Shown here piece after piece: positions 7,666 through 16,905 of a DNA stretch of 47,845 bases (within the stretch, counting starts at the first letter, position 1; every line of letters starts with the position of its first letter). The position numbers and the translations under genes were made by a program. Below the pieces are notes generated by a model, which ran no database searches, was not told the DNA's origin, and worked only from the letters and a program-made list of their open reading frames with translations. Source of the DNA: Anaerolineales bacterium (GTDB lineage Bacteria > Chloroflexota > Anaerolineae > Anaerolineales > UBA4823); the NCBI GenBank assembly GCA_041551115.1, contig JBFENN010000001.1, positions 1 through 47,845 on the forward strand, read 5' to 3'.

Positions 7666-8514
7666 CTACAATACCTCTACAAGACATCGATCAATTTCAT
7701 CTTTGGATGGGATTGCATCTAATCCTGGTCGGGAAACAGACTGGGCTGCAATCATGGTGGCAAAGCGGGCTGCTTCCCATGGGTCGCGGGTAGTAAATAG
7801 CCGGATAAAAAATGTCGCCGCAAAGATATCCCCTGCACCAGTGCTATCGACTTCATCCGCCTCTGGTGGTCTGAACCGTCTCACATCTCCATTCCAGTAC
7901 AGACGAGTGCCGGTTTTCCCTTCGGTTACTGCTAAAACTGGACAGTAGGTAGCTAGTTCCTCAATTCGTTCTTCATCTGCTTGTATATCATCTACACTGA
8001 TTACTGCAGCTCCAGATCGGTCTAGCACAAAACTTGCTTCGGGCCACTCAGAATATGAGACCTTCCCAGATGAGTTCCAGGTCCTCAGCCACCCTTGTGG
8101 GGTTACTCCGATGAATGCGGTTGGAAAATTCCGTACAAGGGTAGGTTCAACCTCTTGAGCCACCGGCGCTAAGTGAACAATGGATGCAGACAACCAGTAT
8201 TCGGGAATTTGATTGAGGGTTATAGTGGGTGCAACTTCATGGATAACTTGTTGGCGCCCAGTACTAGTCTGGATATTTTCAAATGTGGTTGTCAAGGTGG
8301 TTGGATAATTGATGACTGGTATACCGCTGAAGGATGAGAGTGACACATCCTCACTGATTGCCGTGACGATTCCTACTCGTAATCCCAGTGCCTGAGCCAT
8401 AAGAGCAGAATAAGTTACCGTTCCTCCTAGACGCGAGCCTCCAGGAAAGACATCTTTGGTAATATGACCTACCAAAAGGTAGTCAATCGTTTGGTTTGAA
8501 AATATCGGATGCAT
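7666..8514 (-). CDS. PfkB-family (ribokinase-like) carbohydrate kinase
   Basis: The N-terminal YLLVGHITKD, the GG dipeptide region, and the C-terminal ATP/anion-hole motif DSTGAGDIFAATF are present. I chose the ATG at 8514 as the start. The GTG at 8556 is an alternative. The stop lies 4 nt from the parA start. Confidence 0.8.
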   Translation of the reverse strand: MHPIFSNQTIDYLLVGHITKDVFPGGSRLGGTVTYSALMAQALGLRVGIVTAISEDVSLSSFSGIPVINYPTTLTTTFENIQTSTGRQQVIHEVAPTITLNQIPEYWLSASIVHLAPVAQEVEPTLVRNFPTAFIGVTPQGWLRTWNSSGKVSYSEWPEASFVLDRSGAAVISVDDIQADEERIEELATYCPVLAVTEGKTGTRLYWNGDVRRFRPPEADEVDSTGAGDIFAATFFIRLFTTRDPWEAARFATMIAAQSVSRPGLDAIPSKDEIDRCLVEVL

Positions 8515-8653
8515 GAGATGATTATACCCGATCGAGTAAATTCTAAGAAAAAGCACATGGGGCGAAGGTACCTGCGACCATGTGCGATAATTAGGAAGAT
8601 GTTGTAAGCTTTACACAAGTACTGATGATCTAGTCAATCAGGAGTACTTGTCG

Positions 8654-9469
8654 TTACGAAACCGGCATTATTGTCACTTTGCGCCGTGGATCTTCCCCAA
8701 CACTCTCCGTGATGACATTGGGATTGTCCCTCAACTCGATATGGATAAGCCGGCGTTCATTTGCTGGCATCGGTTCTAGCAATTGTTTTCTGCCAGTATT
8801 AACTGCTTGGTCGGCCATACGTCTGGCTAATCCCCGGAGCTGTTTTTCTCTCCGCTTGCGATAACCTTCTACATCCACGATGATGGGTATGGACTTGTTC
8901 AATTCTTTCCCAACGATCAAACCAGTTATATACTGTAAAGCGTTTAGTGTTTCAGCCTGGCGTCCAATTAAGATGCTAAGGTCATTCCCATTGATGTCAA
9001 CGCAAATAGGCGTTTTGCCACGGATTTCTTGACCAAACCCGAAGCTGGCATTCACTTCAGCTTTGATACTCATTCTTTCCAACAGCTCTTGCACGGTCTG
9101 AGTGGCGATATCAACTGCCTCAGTCCCCAGAGGTGAGGTTGAAAAGTCATCCCCATCTGTCATCGTTTTATCGCGTGAAGTAACAGTGTCGGAAGTCGGT
9201 CCTAACTCAACCGTCTGTGTTTCATCTTCCAGGGCAACAAGTTCCTGGAGACTCTCGGGAGAGATTGAAGGTTTATCAACCTCTGAAGGTGTAAGGACGG
9301 TTAGTTTGACTCTTGATTGCCTTGAACCTAACCCAAATAACCCCTTGCTGCCTTCATCTAATATTTCGATTTGTACATCTTCTTCTGATAGTCCAAGTTC
9401 CTGTAAGCCTTCTGCTATGGCTTCTTCAGGGCTTGGAGCAATGATCTCAATATGTGTACGATTTTCCAT
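8654..9469 (-). CDS. jag: Jag/SpoIIIJ-associated RNA-binding protein (KH + R3H)
   Basis: The C-terminal R3H signature ERRLIHIELRDNPNVITESVGEDPRRKVTI is present, and the gene sits immediately downstream of yidC. The ATG at 9469 is preceded by GGGAGA. The ORF-track TTG at 9487 is less likely. Confidence 0.85.
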   Translation of the reverse strand: MENRTHIEIIAPSPEEAIAEGLQELGLSEEDVQIEILDEGSKGLFGLGSRQSRVKLTVLTPSEVDKPSISPESLQELVALEDETQTVELGPTSDTVTSRDKTMTDGDDFSTSPLGTEAVDIATQTVQELLERMSIKAEVNASFGFGQEIRGKTPICVDINGNDLSILIGRQAETLNALQYITGLIVGKELNKSIPIIVDVEGYRKRREKQLRGLARRMADQAVNTGRKQLLEPMPANERRLIHIELRDNPNVITESVGEDPRRKVTIMPVS

Positions 9470-9493
9470 AAAAATGCTTTCTCCCAATCAATA

Positions 9494-10294
9494 TTATTTT
9501 GTCTCGGTTTTTCTCGATGGGATAATGTTCCGCCAATCTAATCTGCCCATGGCACCGTATTGCAGAATGCCGATTAAATTACTGGTGATGAAATATAGAG
9601 CAAGGCCTGCAGAGAATGAGTAAGCCAACCAACCCATGAGCAGGGGCATGTATAAATTCATCGCTCTGGACATATTTGCACCTTGCTCACCTGGCTGGGC
9701 AGTCGCAGGCGCCATGAGTTTTGATTGTAGGAATGTGGTTATTACGACAAGGATGGTGAGCACCGGAATGCCAACCCCCATAATATTTAATCGCTCAGGT
9801 TGGCTTAAGTTCATCCATAAGAAGTGCTGGTTAAGGGGGATAATAGCGGCGGCATTAATAAATGGATAGATATTGAAAGATAGACCTAGCAGCTGGGTTG
9901 GAGTTACCGCCAGTGCACGAATAATACTTTGATAGAGACCGATAATGATTGGGAATTGGATGATGGTTGGTAAACAGGAGCTGAACGGGCTGACCCCTTT
10001 TTCCTGGTAAATCTTCATCTGTTCTTGGGCAAGCTTTTCTTTATTATCCTTATACTTTTTCTGGATATTTTGCCATTCCTTCGATTTTTGCAGGTCCTGC
10101 ATGGCCTGACCGCTCTTCATCTGTTGGTAGGTAAGCGGATACGTGATCAAACGAATAAGAATGGTAAAGATGATGATGGCGAGGCCGAACATGTTTTCAG
10201 GGCCAAATAAGCTTGTTAGCACTGAATATATTCCGAGCAATGTATTTACCATTGGCTCGATAATGATTGTATTCCAAATAGAGGAGATATCCAT
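9494..10294 (-). CDS. yidC: Membrane protein insertase YidC (short, Oxa1/SpoIIIJ-type)
   Basis: It is 266 aa and multi-pass, with a conserved helix-1 region (LIRLITYPLTYQQMKS), PIIIGLYQ, and a basic C-tail. It sits in the conserved rnpA-yidD-yidC-jag context. Confidence 0.9.
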   Translation of the reverse strand: MDISSIWNTIIIEPMVNTLLGIYSVLTSLFGPENMFGLAIIIFTILIRLITYPLTYQQMKSGQAMQDLQKSKEWQNIQKKYKDNKEKLAQEQMKIYQEKGVSPFSSCLPTIIQFPIIIGLYQSIIRALAVTPTQLLGLSFNIYPFINAAAIIPLNQHFLWMNLSQPERLNIMGVGIPVLTILVVITTFLQSKLMAPATAQPGEQGANMSRAMNLYMPLLMGWLAYSFSAGLALYFITSNLIGILQYGAMGRLDWRNIIPSRKTETK

Positions 10295-10314
10295 ATTTAT
10301 ATTCCGTTTAGCAA

Positions 10315-11391
10315 TTATTCTTTAGGAGCAAAGGTCCATTGTTGATTGCCATTTGCATCATAAGCGACGATTAGCTCATCACCATCTGTTACTGCAACTA
10401 ATATTGACTCACCCGCCAGTACAGGTGCAGCATTCAACTTGCCACTAACTTCACGCGTCCACCGGATCGTTTTATCGGAATTTACTGAAAAAAGAGTGCC
10501 ATTCTCGGTTGAAACATAAATCGCATCCGGTGTGACCAGTGCCGGTTCGGTTATCGCGCTCTCCAGGTTTATTTGCCAGAAAATATCCCCCGTGCTCTTG
10601 TCGAGAGCGTATAAGTTCCCGTTTAGATCACTCGCATATATTTGCTCTTCATTGAGAGCAGGTCCAGCCCAGACCCAGTTGTCAGCAGGATGTGTCCATA
10701 TATTGCTGCCATTTTCAGCGTCTAAGGCGATGACTTCATTGTTGAAAGTCCCGGTGTATAAAACGTCTTCCGGACTCAAAGAAGGACTACCAACGATAGC
10801 CCCTCCAAGTGGTTCGGTTTTCCAATCTAATTCTCCATTCTCAGCATTGATTGCATAGATACGATGATCCATGGATGGTATGTATATACAGGTGCAATCA
10901 GGGTCCGAGGTGGGTTTTGCCCAAAGAGCTTCTTCGGCAAGGAATGACCACTTGAGGTTCCCATTTGTATCGATTGCGTACAGAGAGTAATCTGCATTAG
11001 GTGCAAAAATACCTTCTGCAGTTGCAAGAGCAGAGCCTACATAACGATCAGCGGCTTGGTCAAATGCCCAATTCTCTGTACCGTTTTCGGGATTTATACT
11101 ATAGAGCACTTTGTCGTATCCCCCAATGATGAGCTGACCGTCAGTTGTCATTGTGGGAGCTGCGTAGAAGGATACGTTTCGATCGCTTTCATTCGGAAAG
11201 CGCCAAAGCTCTGTACCGGATGCAGCGTCAATGGCATACACAAATTGATTGTATGCCAAGTAGGCTACTTCATCATAGACGCTGAGACCTGGCCAGCTTG
11301 TTGTTGTACTTGCAGCTCCACCCATGCAACCGGTAAGGAGCACTGCAAGAATTGCGAATATGAGTAGGATTACGTATTGTTCTTTTTTCAT
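10315..11391 (-). CDS. PQQ-like beta-propeller repeat lipoprotein (BamB-like fold)
   Basis: A lipobox is present (LLTGC). At least six repeats of the Y-A-[IL]-D-x-x-x-G-x-x-x-W pattern are visible: VYAIDAASGTELW, LYSINPENGTENW, LYAIDTNGNLKW, IYAINAENGELDW, VIALDAENGSNIW, LYALDKSTGDIFW. Confidence 0.8.
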   Translation of the reverse strand: MKKEQYVILLIFAILAVLLTGCMGGAASTTTSWPGLSVYDEVAYLAYNQFVYAIDAASGTELWRFPNESDRNVSFYAAPTMTTDGQLIIGGYDKVLYSINPENGTENWAFDQAADRYVGSALATAEGIFAPNADYSLYAIDTNGNLKWSFLAEEALWAKPTSDPDCTCIYIPSMDHRIYAINAENGELDWKTEPLGGAIVGSPSLSPEDVLYTGTFNNEVIALDAENGSNIWTHPADNWVWAGPALNEEQIYASDLNGNLYALDKSTGDIFWQINLESAITEPALVTPDAIYVSTENGTLFSVNSDKTIRWTREVSGKLNAAPVLAGESILVAVTDGDELIVAYDANGNQQWTFAPKE

Positions 11392-11428
11392 CTATGGTTT
11401 CGTATATTACGTATTATATGCTCCGGGA

Positions 11429-11722
11429 TCAAGGAACAGGGTCATATCCTCCGGGATTGAATGGGTTGCAGCGAATAACACGCCAGGCAGCCATGAACCC
11501 ACCTTTGATCGCTCCATATTTATAGATCGCCTGATAACCGTAATGTGAACATGATGGGTGGAAACGGCATGTGTTGGCTGGAAGTGTGCGCGAAAATGTC
11601 AACTGATAAATTCGTATGAATCCCAACAACAAAAAACGAGGAATGTAATTGAATCTTCTTGGGAGATCCTGCAGGCGAGGTTCTGGTAAATCCTCAGTGT
11701 TGAGATTGATATCTGTTGTCAT
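11429..11722 (-). CDS. yidD: Membrane protein insertion efficiency factor YidD
   Basis: The signature CRFHPSCSHYGYQAI...RCNPF..GGYDPVP is present. I chose the ATG at 11722 as the start. The longer ORF-track start at 11815 would overlap rnpA by 122 nt. Confidence 0.85.
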   Translation of the reverse strand: MTTDINLNTEDLPEPRLQDLPRRFNYIPRFLLLGFIRIYQLTFSRTLPANTCRFHPSCSHYGYQAIYKYGAIKGGFMAAWRVIRCNPFNPGGYDPVP

Positions 11723-12062
11723 GGTTGTTCTTAAGTAGATGGGCTTCCAATAATTTTGATGATATTGCGTGAAAGAGCTCCTGGTGAGAGGCTTCCTGGA
11801 GTGGTCTACGGGCAATGATTACCAAATCATAGCCTGAAATTAGGCTCATGCTGAGATTTTGAAGTACAGCACGGATTCTTCTCTTCGCGCGATTGCGAGC
11901 AACTGCATTCCCAAGCGACCGAGAAGCACTCACTGCGACGCGGGTTTGGTCACGATCATTTGGTAATGCAATTAACACGATAAGCGGGTGAGCAAATGAC
12001 TTTCCAAAACGTCTCACCCGCTTGAAATCGGTCGCTCTCGTTAATCGAAAACTGCGATTCAA
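11694..12062 (-). CDS. rnpA: Ribonuclease P protein component
   Basis: It is basic and carries the RNR motif region VARNRAKRRIRAVL. It lies directly downstream of rpmH. The start is TTG at 12062, with an in-frame TGA seven codons upstream. Confidence 0.85.
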   Translation of the reverse strand: MNRSFRLTRATDFKRVRRFGKSFAHPLIVLIALPNDRDQTRVAVSASRSLGNAVARNRAKRRIRAVLQNLSMSLISGYDLVIIARRPLQEASHQELFHAISSKLLEAHLLKNNHDNRYQSQH

Positions 12063-12120
12063 CGTTGGTAATAGCGCAGGTCATGACTACAGTAATTCGT
12101 CCTAATTGCCATTTGGAATA

Positions 12121-12297
12121 TTAACCATTCCAGTTTACTTTCTTTACATGCTGATTTTTAGTCACTGCTAAGCGGTAGCGACCTTTCAAACGGCGGTTTT
12201 TCAGGACGTTTCGCCCACCTTTCGTAGCCATCCGGGCTCGAAAACCATGTACCCGTGCTCGACGGCGAATTTTTGGCTGGTACGTTCGTTTTGGCAT
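12121..12297 (-). CDS. rpmH: 50S ribosomal protein L34 (58 aa, not in the ORF track)
   Basis: My manual translation of the minus strand from the ATG at 12297 gives [58 protein letters not shown], with the stop at 12121-12123. This is the canonical L34 sequence plus a roughly 13-aa C-terminal tail. Confidence 0.9.
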   Translation of the reverse strand: MPKRTYQPKIRRRARVHGFRARMATKGGRNVLKNRRLKGRYRLAVTKNQHVKKVNWNG

Positions 12298-12386
12298 GAT
12301 ATTAAAACCTCTGAGCGTTCAATTATGCTCTGCTTAAGATTATGTCAAGTTAAGAGCTTGATTACGGTAATTTTTGACAAACTCGG

Positions 12387-12415
12387 ATTATAACCGAAGG
12401 GGTGATTTTGGTCAA
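12387..12415 (-). promoter_or_regulatory. Sigma-70-type promoter for rpmH-rnpA operon
   Basis: On the minus strand the sequence reads TTGACC (12415-12410), a 17-nt spacer, then TATAAT (12392-12387), about 90 nt upstream of the rpmH ATG. Two similar plus-strand words flank it: tttgacaaact at 12373 and ttggtcaaact at 12408. Confidence 0.45.
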
Positions 12416-12469
12416 ACTGGCAGGCGTAAGGTACTTATTACACCAAAGCGATCCAGTACGATCACCCTG

Positions 12470-13489
12470 TTATTGAGCGAGAGCAGGTTCGATTTTCTTG
12501 CTCCCCGTTACCATTCTGAAGGCTAGCAAGCCAATAATTAGAGGGATCCAGAATGTAACTCCGCGATATGCCAGCGTAACAGCAGCGGCTTGATTGAGTG
12601 GAATATATAATGACACGAGTCCTAGGGTCATTGCACCTTCAACAATACCCAAACCAGATGGAGTTGGTGAAACAACGAAAAAAAGATAACCAATACTGAA
12701 TCCAGCGATGATCGTTCCAATGCTGAAAGACACATCAAATGATAGGAAAATTAGCAGTAAGACACAAATTAACAGGAGCTTACTGTTCAATGCAAGCCCT
12801 GCAGGGATAATCAATCTTTCCGGTCTGCGGCGGATTTCTTTAAGACCGGTGGCTATATCATGGGCGTACCGGTAGGATTTGTACGCAGAGACCCGTTTTT
12901 TACGTCGTAAAAGGATAAATATCCGGTTCAGGCTTGATGCAGCGATGTAGAAAATCCGAGAAAGAGTGCGCGGTGATTTCATACCAATAATGAGAAGCGA
13001 GGCCATAATTACGGCAACGAAAAATAAAATTGCTGAAGCAGTTACCTCTGCGGTACCTAAATTATTCCTTCGGAATAATACGATTAACCCTAGAGTTAGT
13101 ACCAACAAGAAACCAATATAATCAAGCAGCACAAACAAGACTCCTGCGACGGTTGTGCGTCCAGAAGAATCCCCTTTCTGCTTCGCGTTATCGATCAAGA
13201 CCGCCATCCCGCCAATCCCCCCGGTAGGAGCGACAACGTTTACAAAATTTGCTGCTGAAGAGAGTATGATAAGTTTAGGTATTCTCTCTTTTAATCCCAG
13301 AGAGCTGAATATGAATTTATATGATAGGGCGATGTTTACTAACCACAGAAACTGGACAATCAGTGCAAATAACAGGAAACGCCAATCCCCGTTTCTAATC
13401 GTATCAGATATCGACTGCACTTCTGTGAAGTTTGTGACGACGAAGAATACGGTGAGGGATAAAATTGCAAAAAAAATGAACTTGCGCAT
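12470..13489 (-). CDS. Polytopic membrane protein, UPF0104 / lysyl-phosphatidylglycerol-synthase-TM (flippase-like) family
   Basis: It has about 8 hydrophobic spans. The size and charge pattern resemble flippase-like domain proteins. The family assignment comes from overall architecture only. Confidence 0.5.
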   Translation of the reverse strand: MRKFIFFAILSLTVFFVVTNFTEVQSISDTIRNGDWRFLLFALIVQFLWLVNIALSYKFIFSSLGLKERIPKLIILSSAANFVNVVAPTGGIGGMAVLIDNAKQKGDSSGRTTVAGVLFVLLDYIGFLLVLTLGLIVLFRRNNLGTAEVTASAILFFVAVIMASLLIIGMKSPRTLSRIFYIAASSLNRIFILLRRKKRVSAYKSYRYAHDIATGLKEIRRRPERLIIPAGLALNSKLLLICVLLLIFLSFDVSFSIGTIIAGFSIGYLFFVVSPTPSGLGIVEGAMTLGLVSLYIPLNQAAAVTLAYRGVTFWIPLIIGLLAFRMVTGSKKIEPALAQ

Positions 13490-13572
13490 GGTGCTGATTA
13501 TACTGGATAATGAAATGGGAATTGTAGCCTACATATCATCACAACCTGCAGTATCCCCACATGAGCAAGTTG

Positions 13573-14715
13573 CTATGATTGTGTTTCCCCGAATGTTACT
13601 GGTAACCTAATCAATTTATTATCCCGAATTAACGATAAAGTGATCGTATCTCCCGGGTTGAAGGAAAACAGAGTATTGATATATGTGTGGTTTTCATCAA
13701 TGGCAATTTCTTCAAAGGCTGTGATTAAATCTCCTGGACGCAAATCAGCTGCTTCTGCCGGACTGCCAGGGATGATGGCACTGACATAAATACCCCATTC
13801 GATTGGTAGGGCGTAAGCCTGTGAAATGCTTGGAGTGATTGGCTGCCAGCGAATTCCCAAATATGGGCGTGAAAAATATCCTTGCTGGATAATTTGTTCG
13901 GCGATCGCTTGAACAGTGTTAGATGGAATAGCAAAACCTAGTCCTTCAGCGATATCACTGCTATATCCATTTCCGCGCACGACCAATGTATTTATTCCGA
14001 TCACCTTACCGGCAAGGTTTACTAAAGGTCCTCCGGAATTCCCATGATTGATGGCTGCATCAGTTTGAATTAGGTTCTCAATCTGGAATCCTTGGTTTGT
14101 ATCAATAACCCGGCCAGTTGCACTGATTACACCGGTAGTTACTGTGTTCTTGAAATCACCCAAAGGAGATCCAATAGCAATGACCGATTCGCCAGGCTGA
14201 AGAAAATCTGAATTACCAAAGGATGCTGACGGTAATGACTCAGCCTGAACCTTTAATACAGCCAAATCAGCGTAGATATCAGACCCAATGATTTGAGCTT
14301 CAAGCTCTGTACCATCTACCAGAATAATAAAGATATCCTGAGCATCTTCAATGACATGATTATTGGTTACTATGTAACCATCTTTTGAGATGATTATGCC
14401 GCTACCGGAGATCTCTTGATCGGCTGCACGCATCCAAAATGAACGCCTGCCAGGGATAATTGAGATGACAGTTACTACTGCCGGGCTGATTTGTTGAACC
14501 ACCCTTGGGATAGTTCCATCTTCCAGGTATCTCTGATCAGCTATCGTAGGGAGAGGTGTTCTGATTTCTGCAGAGACTGGTATTGAGGCGTCTGCTTGCT
14601 GGTTTAGGTAATAATAGACAGCAGCACCTCCAGCAATAGCTCCGGCAACTCCCGCAAAAAAAACACTTATTAGCAAAGCGCATGCGATACGTGGGTATGG
14701 CCAATTATTGGACAT
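13573..14715 (-). CDS. htrA: HtrA/DegP-family serine protease with one PDZ domain, N-terminal membrane anchor
   Basis: The catalytic triad contexts are present: TNNHVIE (His), DLAVLKV (Asp) and GNSGGPLVN (Ser). The C-terminal PDZ carries PGSPAEAADLRPGDLI. Confidence 0.9.
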   Translation of the reverse strand: MSNNWPYPRIACALLISVFFAGVAGAIAGGAAVYYYLNQQADASIPVSAEIRTPLPTIADQRYLEDGTIPRVVQQISPAVVTVISIIPGRRSFWMRAADQEISGSGIIISKDGYIVTNNHVIEDAQDIFIILVDGTELEAQIIGSDIYADLAVLKVQAESLPSASFGNSDFLQPGESVIAIGSPLGDFKNTVTTGVISATGRVIDTNQGFQIENLIQTDAAINHGNSGGPLVNLAGKVIGINTLVVRGNGYSSDIAEGLGFAIPSNTVQAIAEQIIQQGYFSRPYLGIRWQPITPSISQAYALPIEWGIYVSAIIPGSPAEAADLRPGDLITAFEEIAIDENHTYINTLFSFNPGDTITLSLIRDNKLIRLPVTFGETQS

Positions 14716-14785
14716 AGTGTGAGTTTGAAGAAGATTAAGCGAAAAGACCAGTTGATCGGCTGAGTATTTCTAGACCTTCTTGAAC

Positions 14786-15484
14786 CTAACGACGTCGACC
14801 ACCCATTCCAAAAACCATTGACGCAAAATACAGCAATTGGAGCACTGCGGTTGCTAAGGCAGCTACATAGGTTAATGCTGCTGCATTCAATACTTTGTTC
14901 ACACCTTTATTTTCTTCCTCGCCCGATACAAGACCGGTTTCAGTGAGAAGTCGTTTAGCTCTCGATGAAGCATTTAATTCGACCGGTATGGTAGCCAAGG
15001 CAAATAGGGCACCGCCTGAAAATACGATCACGCCTAACCAAGCAAGCTCGCTGAATCTTAAAAGCATACCTAGAATTATTAGTATCCAACCAAGGTATGA
15101 GCCAATATTTACCGCAGGAATCAAAGCAGCCCTTAACCGTAAAGGACCGTATCCTTCCTTATCTTGTATAGCATGACCAATTTCGTGGGCTGCTATAGCC
15201 AGGGATGCAACTGAACTGCCTTGGTAGACACCACGGGAGAGGGAAAGCACCTTGCTTCGTGGATCATAATGATCTGTTAGGTTACCTTGAATCCCTTCGA
15301 CTTTCACATCATGTAAACCACTCCTGATGATCAAGCGCTGAGCTGCTTGGCCACCGGTTAATCGGCTCCTGACCGGTTTTTGACTCCATTTCTTGTGTGC
15401 AGAACTCACGTACCACTGAACTGCTACCATGAGTACCATGGCAGGTATCATGAACATGAGGTAACGTATGTCAAAGACAAACAT
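14786..15484 (-). CDS. Membrane zinc metallopeptidase, YugP-like (Zn_peptidase_2 family)
   Basis: The HExxH motif lies in AAHEIGHAIQD. The protein has an N-terminal TM and C-terminal TM spans. The size and layout are typical of the putative neutral zinc metallopeptidase family. Confidence 0.85.
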   Translation of the reverse strand: MFVFDIRYLMFMIPAMVLMVAVQWYVSSAHKKWSQKPVRSRLTGGQAAQRLIIRSGLHDVKVEGIQGNLTDHYDPRSKVLSLSRGVYQGSSVASLAIAAHEIGHAIQDKEGYGPLRLRAALIPAVNIGSYLGWILIILGMLLRFSELAWLGVIVFSGGALFALATIPVELNASSRAKRLLTETGLVSGEEENKGVNKVLNAAALTYVAALATAVLQLLYFASMVFGMGGRRR

Positions 15485-15535
15485 CTACTCCTCCAAGTCG
15501 TAACATTACTAATTTACCGCTAGTTGAAGGTTGCT

Positions 15536-16786
15536 CTATTGGGAAAATATTATTTCAATTGCTTTATCCAACTGCGTGTCAATCCCCTGCAACCGGTCTT
15601 CTTCGCTAATTTCGACAACAAAATCGGGTTCAAGACCAAGGGCGTGAATAGTTCGACCTTCAGGTGTGAGCCAACGAGCAATCGTAATACGAACGGCTCC
15701 TTGCTGATTAGTCAATGTTGTGGGAACTTGAACAGACCCTTTACCGAATGATTTCATACCAACCAGGACGCCACGTCCGCGGTCCTGAATTGCACCTGCA
15801 ACGATTTCCGATGCAGAAGCGCTGCCTTCATTGATCAGCACGACCATTGGAATATCAGTAGCGATTCCACCCTTCCGCGCTTCATATGTGGTTCGTTCAC
15901 CATCACCAAACTCTTCATACATAACAATGCCATCCGCGATAAATTCTGATGCAACATCAATAGCAGATTGCAGATATCCACCGCCATTACCTCGCAAATC
16001 CAGAACCAATCCTTGGGCATTCTGATCAAATAGCTCTTCGAGTGATCGCCGTAATTCTTCTTTCGAATTGTCTCCAAACAGAAATAGATGTATGTAAGCG
16101 ATATCATTCTCGAGCATACGACTCTCTAGACTTGGTACATTGATGCTCTCGCGAATAATGATCACATCGAATGGCTCTTCTGATTCACGCAGGATTGTTA
16201 ATTGTAGTGAAGATCCCGCGGGTCCCAGAACCTGCTTGCGAACTACTTCACCATCAATACCGGTCATATCTTCCCCATCAATGGCTAATACTTTGTCGCC
16301 GCTTTTCAATCCAGCCATATCAGCTGGAGATCCTGGCATTGGGCTGATAATTTCAAGGTAATCACCAGTTGTGTCTACCCACGCACCGATGCCTTCATAT
16401 TCATCTTCTCCCTCAAGGTGCGTAGTGAGAATCTCATACTGTTCCGGCTCCATATATGTCGTATGAGCGTCACCTAATGATTCGAGCATGCCATCGATCG
16501 CACCGCGCATTAGGCTTTCCTGATCCACGGGTTGATCAACATATTGTTCATGGACTAAATCCCATGCTTGCCAAAACGGTTCAAATAACTCTTCAAGATC
16601 TTGTGGGGTTCCAGCCTCACTCTGGTCGATGCGGCCAAATTGCCCAAAATATGGGAGCATAGTGACAGCAGAAGTGGAATTCGTGTTCATGTATTGGGAA
16701 AATATAAATCCTGCTGAGAATGCGCCAATCAGCAAAATGATTGATACCAGTCCGATTGTTATCCCCAGAAATGTCTTTGATCTCAT
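15536..16786 (-). CDS. ctpA: Carboxyl-terminal processing protease (S41 family) with PDZ
   Basis: It has an N-terminal anchor and a PDZ domain (PGSPADMAGLKSGDKVLAIDG). The catalytic Ser context is GSASASEIVAGAIQD and the Lys context is SFGKGSVQ. Confidence 0.9.
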   Translation of the reverse strand: MRSKTFLGITIGLVSIILLIGAFSAGFIFSQYMNTNSTSAVTMLPYFGQFGRIDQSEAGTPQDLEELFEPFWQAWDLVHEQYVDQPVDQESLMRGAIDGMLESLGDAHTTYMEPEQYEILTTHLEGEDEYEGIGAWVDTTGDYLEIISPMPGSPADMAGLKSGDKVLAIDGEDMTGIDGEVVRKQVLGPAGSSLQLTILRESEEPFDVIIIRESINVPSLESRMLENDIAYIHLFLFGDNSKEELRRSLEELFDQNAQGLVLDLRGNGGGYLQSAIDVASEFIADGIVMYEEFGDGERTTYEARKGGIATDIPMVVLINEGSASASEIVAGAIQDRGRGVLVGMKSFGKGSVQVPTTLTNQQGAVRITIARWLTPEGRTIHALGLEPDFVVEISEEDRLQGIDTQLDKAIEIIFSQ

Positions 16787-16905
16787 GTAACTTCAGACTC
16801 CAAGTAATACTATATCTTTCCTGCAAGTTAAGAGTACCATAATTTGATTAGAGCAATATAAACGTTATGCAAGAGTACAGATAATAAGGACGTAAGTTTC
16901 ACAGC

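Noticed and set aside
11723-11815. Long N-terminal extension of the yidD ORF overlapping rnpA by 122 nt
   Set aside because: The conserved YidD core starts well downstream. The ATG at 11722 gives a normal-length protein with only a 29-nt overlap, so the extension is most likely non-coding in that frame.
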